A stretch of 63,517 nt of DNA, filler included, from Sphacelaria rigidula (lineage: Eukaryota): NCBI GenBank assembly GCA_964200075.2. It is 9 parts of 9 records of this genome, joined end to end, with 100 filler letters (N's around TTAATTAATTAA, not from the genome) between each part and the next. Parts side by side here need not be neighbours in the genome. Positions count along the whole stretch, not along the records: positions 1 to 6,969 come from CAXNAA020017148.1; positions 7,070 to 14,038 come from CAXNAA020017149.1; 7 more parts are not named here. One strand, written 5' to 3'. The notes under the pieces were generated by a model that searched no databases, was not told the DNA's origin, and was given only the letters and a program-made list of their open reading frames with translations. Shown piece after piece: positions 1 to 10,144 of the stretch; position 1 is the first letter of the stretch, and each line of letters opens with the position of its first letter. Position numbers and translations under genes: made by a program.

Positions 1-22
1 AAAAGAAGGCCCCCCCGCTTTT

Positions 23-55
<33 letters not shown>

Positions 56-165
56 CGGGGGGGGGGGGAGGGGGGGGGGGGGGGGGGGGGGGGGGTCACG
101 TTTTGAGGCGGGTTAACCGGAGTTGGCTACATTCTATCCATGTTTGACATATTTTGCAACTATCG

Positions 166-196
166 CCCACCCTAACCCTAACCCTAACCCCAACCC
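166..196 (+). repeat. Short interstitial telomere-type (CCCTAA)n tract
   Basis: cccaccctaaccctaaccctaaccccaaccc: about 3 perfect units plus degenerate ones, internal to the contig. Confidence 0.7.
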
Positions 197-3100
197 AAGG
201 CATCCTGAGAACCCTCGGGCAAGAGGGGTGCATAGGATTCCCTACCCAAAGTGTGCGTATGGTAGACCTAAAATCGGCGCCGATTTGGATAGAAACTTGT
301 TTTGCGCTCGCGGGGAGCACACGAGACTGTCAAGCCCCCCCCTGAAGACCCGATTCTCATTGTTTACGCTCAAATCAAGTAATATCACATTGCAGCCCAG
401 GTTCGGTCAACCCTACTGGGCGTTTTGGCTGTGGCTGCGCCGTCCAATGGCGGCTGCCTCGGTACAGCACCAATATATTGTGGATCCAGTGGTGTGTTGA
501 AACGGACCAATACACAGCCCTCGGAGTATTCTAAGGCGCGAGCATTCAAGTCATGCATTTTTTCCGTGCTTCGGAGTTTTTTCGTGTGAAGTAAAGCAAT
601 AAGTGCAAATATTCTTTTCGAACGTAAGCTTTTCGTTTCTGTGTTTGCGGCCGATGCTGAACCAATCACATCGGCAGAGGGCAGAGGGCGGGCGACCAAG
701 TGGGCAGCGATCAAAATGTACCAGGTTTTTCGGTTTCTTTATCTCCGAAAGCGTGCCCAGTAACTAATTCTACTGAGCAGTACACCGTCGCGGCTTAATT
801 TTACTGTAGAACCCTGTCGCTTAATCCCCGCCCTCCTTCGAGGTTTCATGTCAACATCATTAACGAAAGTACCGATCAGCAGCGGGGTAGGCAAGGAGAA
901 CACACCCTGGACAAAAGATTACATGGGCAAAAAGTGTGCTGGGTACAGTATTGACTATTGCGTCTGTTGCTGTAGACAAAAGATCCCATGCTGTACCCCA
1001 GTACAATTTCGACAGTGTGATCTATTGTCCAGGATATGAAGGAGAACCACACACATGCGACGACTACCGCGATGAGCTCACAGTGGCAGGAGCATGGCCT
1101 TTTCACCGTAGACAGTCCTGGCCGACTAGATACATGCGCCATTGGCGCGGTGCGGTTTTCTGCCATGCGGCATCCTTGTTCGCAGGAAGAGCAGTTGCAT
1201 GTGCTACTGGTGCAATATAAGCACCACATAAAGCCTCGTTGAAAGTACCGAAAGAGCGCTACCTCTCTCTTCCACTGCGCTTCTATCCGCAGCACAAAGT
1301 TTTCTCTTGGGTACCCTGTTCGTTCACTGCCTGTGCACATTCATACCGCGTGTAAGTCTTCTATTTGTGTTCGTGATTTTAGTCTAGTCGTCTGAACGAG
1401 TTGTATTGCGGCTGGAATTGTCCGTCTTCAGGGAGCTAGCTACCCTGGTCGATCATCGTGGCGACTTGTGGCAACACTAGCATATACATCCACATCAGGC
1501 GCCCTAGGAGCAAGTGCTGGCCCATACATACATAGTAGTGCTTCCCATGAGCACTCGTTTTTGGGGGTGTGGAACATTGCGGTTGCTCGTACTACCTCGA
1601 AATAGCTGGTGATTCTGCCACCTACGCGCACGAAACGCGCACAACGGTGATATGAGGCTGTGGAAGGCGGTGAGCGTGCCTCGCACGTGCTCGCGACAAG
1701 TACCATGAGACGGGCGCATGTCGGTCCTGGAGACGGAACTCAAGCCTCGGTGCGGCACGGTAAAGTGTCCCTACAGTCAAGATATTCCCATATGAATCAA
1801 AATTTCTGTGTAAGTTGCGGTGGCGGTCGAGGTGTGGCGTTTTCCTCGTCCTCGTGTATTTGCTCTCGCAAACGTGAGACAAAAAGGACTCACCCGAAGC
1901 GCTCAGTACAGTATCGTGGTGACCAGCTCAATTCTATTCCAATTCCCCTACAAGATCACACGCGCGGGAAATCCCATGGCTGGCTGTACTGATCAGCCAT
2001 TTCAGCCATCCACGTGGGCTCCAATGTATCCTGACATTGAGCACTTGGATTTGGTATGGACCACCTCAGCACGCGGCGAAAGCTCGTGCTTCGCGATTGA
2101 GATAGCGGTTCGCTGCGGTTGCCCCATTACCGCATCATGCAGCCCGTCATCGTTCAGACGTTTCAATTATTCATGTAAAGGGCTCAAACGTACGCGATCA
2201 GGAGCACCAGGGATGTAGGCGGTACCATACTGGCAAGATTAAGGTTTTCGTACGTACCCGCGGTTCTTGTAGTTCGTTGTGACCGCGATACGTGTTTTGC
2301 TTTACGCAGTTGGTTGTCCTGTACATCTGTGCTGACGAGCTGTGAGGTACAGGCGTTCCTCACTGTGAGGTACAGGCGTTCCTCACTGTGAGGCGTAAGA
2401 ACTCGAAAACAAGCATGAAAAAAGCGCAATTTTGGGTCAAACTTTGGCGCAGACGTGCGCGGGGGGCAGGGGGTAAGGCCCGAGAGACAAATTATGAGCC
2501 ATCATGGGTATGGTGTGCCCGAATTTGTAACGCGCCACGAATGGTACTGCACGGCCGGTAGTACCGGCGTCTTCTGTCTTGACGTGCTGCGATCATTCGA
2601 CGGATTGATCGATTGATTAGGTGAATATCTCAAACTACCTGCTTCGCTACGAACCCAGCCGTAGTCACAGAGTAGACGTGAGCAAAGTCAATACACGGAG
2701 AAACAATCGCCACGGAAACTGGAGTGATATGCCACAACAAAGGAAACTAAAAATCGAAGAACAGGAGAGATCAAACGGAATAAACCGGGGAAGGCGCCGG
2801 GCCAAGAACGATCCCGAGGAGAGGCCCGACAGATCCCCGCCAGAGCTCCAGAGCAGGTGTTACAAAAATCAAGGGCGTGGAGCAGGTTACTCTTTCATTC
2901 GTACAAGAGCGCTTTGCTAAGCGGGAGCCGTCAACCGTGTCTCAAGAATGGACGCACGAAACTCTAAAATGCCACAGCCGGAGAAGGAGTAGATGACAAG
3001 ACAGGAAAAGAGAGTGGAAGACTAGACTTCCAAGCCCGAGAGAAACGGCAACACCCGACAGGCCAGCATAGGAGTAGCGCGTCGAGTGCACCCCCCCCCC

Positions 3101-3249
3101 ACCCCCCACCCCCCACCCTCCGCGCACTCATCCTTGATCAGGGGGAGAATGACTCTCTGTTGACCATTCCCAGCTTGGTTTCCTTGGCGAGCTGCTGTCA
3201 TCATTGCGCCAGCAGTGGGAGCTCACGTTCTGACTGCCCTCAGAGCATA

Positions 3250-5110
3250 GCCCCTTGCTGGTGACGTAAGGTGGTGGTGAAGATCTTCGTGTCGCCATGC
3301 TTCTACCGATTGTCCCGTTCCGTTCTCGGTCCCCTCGTGCCGGTTGCCCACCTTCTTGGTGGCATTGACCTAATCCTGTGAGCGAGCGTTCGGTCTCAAC
3401 GTCGTACACGAGCCGCTTCATGTTTTTGTCCCTGACGTGGAATGGCCGCCAGAGCACGCAAGTACTCCTTGAGGGAATCAATCCCTCAGGTGTTTCGCTA
3501 TTTGGGTGCTTGTGCAGCCAATCGTCCAATACCAGGAGCTTCGGGAGACGGATATCTTCCCGCCGGACAAGGCCATTGCGAAGCGGAGTTGGCACCTGGG
3601 GACGGTCGCCTGGATGCGTTCGCAATTTAGTCATCTCGAACATGGCTCTGTACGAGTATTGTGTTCAAGGAGATTCTCCGGAAGGGAGCGAACTAACTGC
3701 TCGCGGACCCTCAAAGTTCAATGTACGCGGGGTTCACGGGGCACACGATGTGGTTGAGGAGACATGCGACGTACTGCCCGACATGGTTCCGTGCGATCTG
3801 AAGTTGGTACCTACGGATGACCGTTTCGCTATGGTGGCATTTGGTAAGCTCGAGCACAGCCCTCGACGACAGATCATCGCGTCCAAGCCAACCCTCCGTA
3901 CCCTCCGTACCCTCGAAGTCATCTTGGCGCAGAGCTGATCTGACATCCCCCCCGTCAAAATGACTCGTTGCTCACGCCACCTCCGCTTTAGGGAGCCCTA
4001 CAGCTGAGCATTGGATCGATTACTAAGGTTGCGGCTAGGGTTCCTGGGGCGCACCTCGTAGCGTTAATGTGGCGCGTATTTTCCAAGATTTTTCACGTAT
4101 GGACATGCTCCCGCGCGACTGTTGTTGAACCTGATGACAAAAGTAAGAATCTCGCGCGACCATCTTTGAGCCGGTTCAGGAACTTGAACCCATGAACAAG
4201 ACACGTGTAGAACCCACCATGTGAATGAGCCCAGGCAATTTCGATGCCAAAACGCGCATTCTTGCTGATAGCACCATCAACGTGAACAAAGTCGTCTGTT
4301 TATACGGCGGGCCTGCCGCCCCGATTCGCAGTACGACCAATGGGGAGCTGGATACTCTCCACAAATGCATATTCCCTGCCTGCTTCTCTGACACCGTCAG
4401 TCCGAAAGTCTTGGTAGATCACGACCATGTGCCGGTCGCCCCGGTGGCTCAGTTGGTAACCTTGTAACCTTCGGACGGTTGGGTCGAGGGTTCGAATCTC
4501 GGAGCAATTTGGGATTCTTTCTCACACAGTGCCCAACAGTGGAGAGCGACCATGTCGTGGGTACACAAAATTCCACTTGATAGTCGATGAGGGACAGGGC
4601 TTGCTGAACCCCTCTCGCGATAAAAAGTAAAGGTAAGCACCGCGGAAAGAAGGTGGAGAATTTGAACGAACAAAGAAGAAGAACAATGCTGTGTTGGCCT
4701 TCCTCTTGTGTGACCCCGGCTGGTGCGCCCACATATGCCGAAAGGAGTAGACCGGCGTCCAGAATAAATGGGACGACAACGCCGTCACAGCCATCACCCC
4801 AGCCAGCTCGCCTGTAGTCTAGAGACTGTGCCTCCGTCGTCCACGTTCAGAATTCCCCAAAATTGTGTGCCACACACTCTGCAGCGGCGTCTGCTCTGTT
4901 AAGATGGCCATGTTCACCGCGAGTCGCCGTAAGACCAAGACCATGACGACTGTGAAGATGTTGATTAACAGCGGGGACAGAACGCTTCCTGCCCAAGGCC
5001 TTGGTAGACGTTTCAACTATTTCACTGGTCCGCCTTCATCCTGCTGTAGCAATTTCCGCATGTACTCGTGGAATATCTAAATGACCTTGGTCATCCGCTG
5101 CGGGATCCTA
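3250..5110 (-). pseudogene. Decayed LINE (non-LTR) reverse transcriptase, interrupted by a SINE
   Basis: Collinear RT remnants on the minus strand across frameshifts and stops: IPQRMTKVI*IFHEYMR; GSVLSPLLINIF (QG.LSP.LFN motif); WGILNVDDGGTVSR (degenerate YADD); TVSEKQAG...AAGPPYKQTT; LVRREDIRLPKLLV...LRALAAIPRQG. The last segment resembles the LINE fragment at 61330-61900. Confidence 0.85.
4431..4780 (+). mobile_element. tRNA-derived SINE, full-length copy (about 350 bp)
   Basis: Pol III A box TGGCTCAGTTGG (4445) and B box GGTTCGAATC (4489). Body and tail align by eye with 46170-46524 and with partial copies at 17405-17607 and 42240-42313. Confidence 0.9.
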
Positions 5111-6883
5111 ACAGGCAAGGGCTTCCCACCAGAAAATACTGAGGTAGTCAATAATAGTGATGCCGTGCGCAACTATTCAGCGCGGCGCGCGGGTCTGAGA
5201 ATGCTGTAAACTGATGAAAGCGCGTGGAGAAGATGCGGAAAATGTCAACGCTGCTCATATCCGACATTTGTTGTCAGGGCGTAAAAGTCGTCAATTCCGA
5301 ATGGGTTCATGTTGTGGTGCAGTACATGGTACACTACCCTACCTACCAAATCTTAAGGTAGAGCGTGTTGAGATGATCGAATTACGAGAGATACAGGCAT
5401 GACGAGATCACGGACGAGGTATAGGGAACGGGTACTTGACGTGAGGGTAAGCAAAACACTAGCGTGGAGCTATCGAAACGCACCTCTCGCAAACGCTCCA
5501 CACGTGGTGGCACTAACACTGTGGCCCGCTCATTTTGCCGTAGTAGAAAGCGTTCCCAGGAGCTGATCCGTCTGCCGCTGTTGAAGGGCTTTGGGGCTCT
5601 CACTACTCGTATGGTGCGACAAATGGTCAAAAAGCCCTTCCAGGAATGTCGTAACGTCTATAGCTTGCCTTTGTGGTCTTCGTAACACATGCCGTTTCTT
5701 TCTGCTGAAAGCGGCATTTTTCGTAATTCCACGACACGCACCACCATCGTGACAAAACTTAACGTGCCGTAAGCAATGTGTTCTGATTTTGCTTGATCGA
5801 TTATAGCACTTTAATTGACCCCTTATTAATAGGGATCCAGGCATGGTCACTTGATAGACGTACCGGAGACAAAATGTGCAAGAAAGTAACACCTTCGACC
5901 AAAAAAATCATGTCTCGCCTCTTGTCACCATGAGTAGTTCAACCACCCACCAATCTCCGACTACTCCGAGTCATGCTCTTCTGTGTTCTCTACGATAGAT
6001 ACTCTGTTGACGGTTCTACGGAGGTCTGACGGCAATCTGAAGGCAGTGACTCGCAAAAACAGAAACTCTGGAGGCCACCAACAATTTTCTACCCTGACCA
6101 CCAAACCGACCGTTTATGACATATTTTTAGATGTTGCCAGGCTTTTAGGTCCTGCCCTCACTCAGGGCGATTCCGTCATGAAGGATTAGCGAATCTCATC
6201 CCCAGTACCTGCCTGTGGTTTCGATATCGCGGGTTGGATTAGCATTTCCACACCGCGTCGACCCTCGTCGAATCTTCCTTGCCACTCGCTTCCTCACACT
6301 TTCAATGACGAGAACCAGCTGGTTCAACGACAAGAACCAGCTGGTTCAACGACGAAAACCAGATTCCGCCGAAAAGGACCGTATTATCTCAAGTATCGGG
6401 ATTCGAATTCGCAAGGTTTCTACCTAGTCAACTTTTGATTTACCAAGTAGACCATCGAGTTGGAGCGTTGTATCCACAGCATTGTATGTACGAGTAGTGA
6501 GTTGGGGAACGAGCGTCTGTGGTGTTTCATGTCGTGGCGCTACTATTGCACGGTTAGGACGAATCATCACGACTACGAATCACCAAATCCACGATTTCTT
6601 CGGCCTGATTGCCCAAAAGGGGCAAAAAGGTTGACCGCTGGTCGAAGGGGTATCCACGCAACTTCTGCGCCATTCCACGTGTCTGGGCCGCGTGTGTACC
6701 TGGGTTGCAACGCTGAAAACAAAGCCTAGGGATTGATTCGTACGACTCGAATCAATTATGCTTAAACCAAGTATTTACCAGACGAATCGTTGATTTGTCC
6801 GACCCTTGTCCTATTGCGCAAAATGCGTTGCACCGTGGTCATGATGTAGGCTCAAATACCTAGGGCTATCGACACCCTCTCTG

Positions 6884-6922
<39 letters not shown>

Positions 6923-6969
6923 ACCCCCCCCCCAACCAAACACCACCCCACACACCCCCCATCCCCCCC

Positions 6970-7069
6970 NNNNNNNNNNNNNNNNNNNNNNNNNNNNNNN
7001 NNNNNNNNNNNNNTTAATTAATTAANNNNNNNNNNNNNNNNNNNNNNNNNNNNNNNNNNNNNNNNNNNN
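6970..7069. other. Artificial contig linker (N44-TTAATTAATTAA-N44)
   Basis: The same 100-nt linker recurs at 14039-14138, 21108-21207, 28177-28276, 35246-35345, 42314-42413, 49382-49481 and 56450-56549. It carries stops in all six frames, and the flanking contigs are length-sorted (6969 then 6968 bp). Confidence 0.99.
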
Positions 7070-7219
7070 TAAGCAGCTCCGGTTGCTTGAGGATTCTTCT
7101 GATAAGCCAGGGCGCCGTGGAGAGTACCGAAGTGTTCGAGGTTGAATTCTCCACGCGGCGGGGAATGTGGCGTTAATGGTGGAAGCGTGCGGTAGGGGCG
7201 TTTATTAAACCGCATATAG

Positions 7220-8281
7220 CTATCTATCTCTGCCCAATAATGTGGCGTGATGCATGGTGTTATCGGGGACAACGTATGCCCAGACTGCCAGGCTGGCAGA
7301 TCGAGTGGTGTTGTTAAATAATTGCACACTGAGACGTACGGATTCACGGGTCGTCAGTGGCGCGGCCGAGTCTCCGAAACCGCCCCACACTCGAGGCTTG
7401 GTGGTGGTTTCGCAAGCTGCAGTAGCAGCGCCAGTGTGTTCCATGTGTTTCCATGTTGATTCTCGAATGAACGTTTGCGGTCTGCCGCTGTCCAACAAGG
7501 ATACGCATTTCGTAGGCGTGATAGCGTTTGGACCGGCATGGATCGCAACGCGAGCAGTAAAAGTGGCCGGATCGACAGACACTTTGCCGCCGACAAGATC
7601 CGGACCGTGTTCCGGCAAGGTAAACTGGTCAGGATCAGCGGGGCTGACAGCAAAAACGAACGGCGGATGACCCGCCGGTAGGTCAGATGTCTCACCAGAG
7701 AAGGGGGTGGACGGTATATTATTTCCGGGTGTCGCACGATCATGGGCGATTTCGTAAATTATCGTCTTTGGTTGACAGGGACCACCGTCAAAGGGGGATC
7801 CAGGATGTGCGGGGCTGGAGTCGTCGATTGAAGAAGTAGTGCCGTCAGAATCATGTGATATTGTTTCTTCCGGGATACTTGATAGAGCCGTCGAGCTCAA
7901 AGTCGTCGCATTTTGGAGAGATTGAGGCCGAGGATTTCCGCTCGAAAGAGATGTACGTAATGATGCGCGCGCGTCCTTGAGGGCATGCTTACGGGGCTTT
8001 CTCTTTCGCCGTGACAAAGGTCGGGGAACTTCCAAAACATTTGGGGATGATACCTCAACTGCGTCCTGTTGCGTGGATGGGGTCAGCATCGGGGCATGAC
8101 GGAGCGAAACTTGTGGGCTGCTTTCCGTAGGCAAGTTTGACTGTTGGGGCATAGCCGAAGATATGTTGGGGCGGTTGTTAATAAAACCGGCCGAAGGTAG
8201 ATCCGTGCGTTTTAAACAGCGCGGGGGAGGAGCCCGATCAAACTGATTGGGAATTACATGATCCGATGTGGTCAGGTTCAA
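7220..8281 (-). CDS. Retropepsin-like aspartic protease (pol N-terminus)
   Basis: CVSLLDSGRPQTFI active-site motif and C-terminal LLGRD motif. A frameshift near 7225 continues as SYMRFNKRPYRTLP. Confidence 0.85.
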   Translation of the reverse strand: MNLTTSDHVIPNQFDRAPPPRCLKRTDLPSAGFINNRPNISSAMPQQSNLPTESSPQVSLRHAPMLTPSTQQDAVEVSSPNVLEVPRPLSRRKRKPRKHALKDARASLRTSLSSGNPRPQSLQNATTLSSTALSSIPEETISHDSDGTTSSIDDSSPAHPGSPFDGGPCQPKTIIYEIAHDRATPGNNIPSTPFSGETSDLPAGHPPFVFAVSPADPDQFTLPEHGPDLVGGKVSVDPATFTARVAIHAGPNAITPTKCVSLLDSGRPQTFIRESTWKHMEHTGAATAACETTTKPRVWGGFGDSAAPLTTRESVRLSVQLFNNTTRSASLAVWAYVVPDNTMHHATLLGRDR

Positions 8282-8758
8282 ATCAGCAACACTTGGGTCA
8301 GCTGAAAAAGGCTTGCTGCTACCTGTGCGTGCGGTCGCTGAGGGAAGCCTTTGCTTCAGGGACTGGCGGTTGGTCTTCCCACACCTCAGACTTATACCCG
8401 GTACTGAAGGACCAAGTTCAGTGCCGGGTGTAGGTCTGACTCGCGGGGTGACACAACTGTTACGCGGTGTGTCGAGGGATGAAGACGGGGATCAATGTGA
8501 ACGGCCGTTAGTTGCGCTCCTGCATAGTGCCGGGAGAGCCGGGCGGACAATCTTAGTCGCGGGCTCTGCGGGCTGTGGTGAACATTGCGTGGAGGTTCGA
8601 GACGGGGGTTGATATGAACGGCCGTCAGTGACGCTCCTGGATAGTGACGAGAGAATCGAGTGAGCAGTTTTTGACACGGACCCCGCGGGCTATGTTGAGA
8701 AAGTCTTCGATCGTGCTATCGACGGCGTGGAAGACCGAAGAACGCCGGCGTCGGCACG

Positions 8759-10144
8759 TCATGGATCTAAGCGATCCGTAGTGAAGGTACCAGGGTTTCT
8801 GGTGTTGGGGTTAGAACTTTGTGTCGGTCCGGTCCGCTGGTGTCTATCAGCGGAACGTTTGTTGTCGCGAGAATTTTGATCGCTCTGGCGAGGGCTTCCG
8901 TGATTGTTGTTGTGTCGGCGACCGCGGTTTGAGTTTTTGTTGTCACGTTGGTTCGAACTGTTGCGGTAATTTCGAGTTGGTGGGCGATAGTCGCGCATGC
9001 GTTTTTGCCATCGGCGCCACGCGGGTTCATTGTCCTGCAATTCAGGATTCATGAGATCAAAGGCATTGATGCATGGACTGTCACAGTCGCGCATGCTGTG
9101 GCCTTGAATACTACAGTTGATGCAACTGTTGGCATGATTGCTCAAGGCATTGCGTCTAGCGGAAGACAACAGAAGTGGGTTCCACAAATGGCGATCATCG
9201 GTTATGAATGTCGTTGTTGAAGTCAGATAAACATCATCCCAAGTTTCCTCGGAAAACGGCCAACCGTCAAAACTCGCGCAAAATGCATCTCTGTTACTCT
9301 GAACATGCATAACTGAACCGGCGACTGAGTCGGGGGTCCATGAAGCGCGAGACGAGCTCGAATTCCTGCCACGAGCCCCTTGGGCATGAGCGGAGGACAC
9401 AACCGTAGGTTGTGAATGCACAGACGTTGAAGGTTTGCCACGTATGGCAGGTGTTAGATTACCCTCTTGGTGTACAAAAGCAGACCACATAGTATCAACG
9501 GAGGCGTAAGGCACCTCGCGATGCGCCAAGACACCCGGGAACAACGACGGCATCAGAGCCGGATACTGTTGAGCAACGCTATTGCGAACGTAAGTCTGAC
9601 ACATTACGTCACGCGGTCCGTTCTGACGTCCGGCTCCCGTCGTACCCGAAACCAAAAGCCTAAATTCGCGGAGATAGTCCGCGAAAGGAACATCAGAGGC
9701 GACAACAAAGGAACTCAGCTTCTGGATGGCACTAGCCTGGTCACTTTTATCGAAGTAACCGATCAGACGCCTCTCCAAATCAGAGAGTAATACCGGGCCT
9801 GTCTTTCCCTTGATACGATCCGGGTCCATCTCGGCGAGGAATCCGTCGAGAACCTGCGCCGAAGAAGCAGCGAGTTCGGGAGAGCGGCGGCTGATCGATC
9901 GATGCAGTGTTTTGTGCAAGGGTGTCTGCCAGCCCTCTACCCATTCGGAATCTTCGAAAAGTTGTGTGCCAGTCACATCCGCCAAGCGTAGAATGCTACA
10001 AACAGTGCGGTGGATGGACGTGATGAGGGCAGAAGTAAACTGGCCCGAATCTTCGTATCCGGGGCAGGCATGGTTTTGATGTGCCAGAGTTTTTTCATAT
10101 CCATCTGAATATACTATCTCTGTATTGCAGCTACTCGGGCACAC
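8759..10144 (-). CDS. Gag-like protein C-terminal part with CCHC zinc knuckle
   Basis: 461-aa ORF with a helical capsid-like segment (FADYLREFRLLVSG), CINCSIQGHSMRDC (= CX2CX4HX4C) and a basic Asn/Arg-rich tail. Confidence 0.8.
   Translation of the reverse strand: MCPSSCNTEIVYSDGYEKTLAHQNHACPGYEDSGQFTSALITSIHRTVCSILRLADVTGTQLFEDSEWVEGWQTPLHKTLHRSISRRSPELAASSAQVLDGFLAEMDPDRIKGKTGPVLLSDLERRLIGYFDKSDQASAIQKLSSFVVASDVPFADYLREFRLLVSGTTGAGRQNGPRDVMCQTYVRNSVAQQYPALMPSLFPGVLAHREVPYASVDTMWSAFVHQEGNLTPAIRGKPSTSVHSQPTVVSSAHAQGARGRNSSSSRASWTPDSVAGSVMHVQSNRDAFCASFDGWPFSEETWDDVYLTSTTTFITDDRHLWNPLLLSSARRNALSNHANSCINCSIQGHSMRDCDSPCINAFDLMNPELQDNEPAWRRWQKRMRDYRPPTRNYRNSSNQRDNKNSNRGRRHNNNHGSPRQSDQNSRDNKRSADRHQRTGPTQSSNPNTRNPGTFTTDRLDP

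Noticed and set aside
1-95. Poly-C/poly-G inverted tracts (also 6886-6969 and 42414-42460)
   Set aside because: Homopolymers at contig ends are likely assembly breaks or sequencing artefacts.
166-196. True telomere
   Set aside because: Only a few units and not terminal. The PNPNPNP ORF at 123-500 is a by-product of the repeat.
3378-3938. 186-aa plus-strand ORF
   Set aside because: It is the antisense shadow of the decayed LINE RT.
4431-4510. Functional tRNA gene (also 46170-46250)
   Set aside because: A and B boxes are present, but I cannot fold a convincing acceptor or anticodon stem, and the sequence continues into a shared 280-bp body. It is a SINE head.
7014-7025. TTAATTAATTAA recurring about every 7.07 kb
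   Set aside because: It is an artificial linker embedded in N runs. The periodicity reflects length-sorted contigs, so no cross-contig synteny can be inferred.
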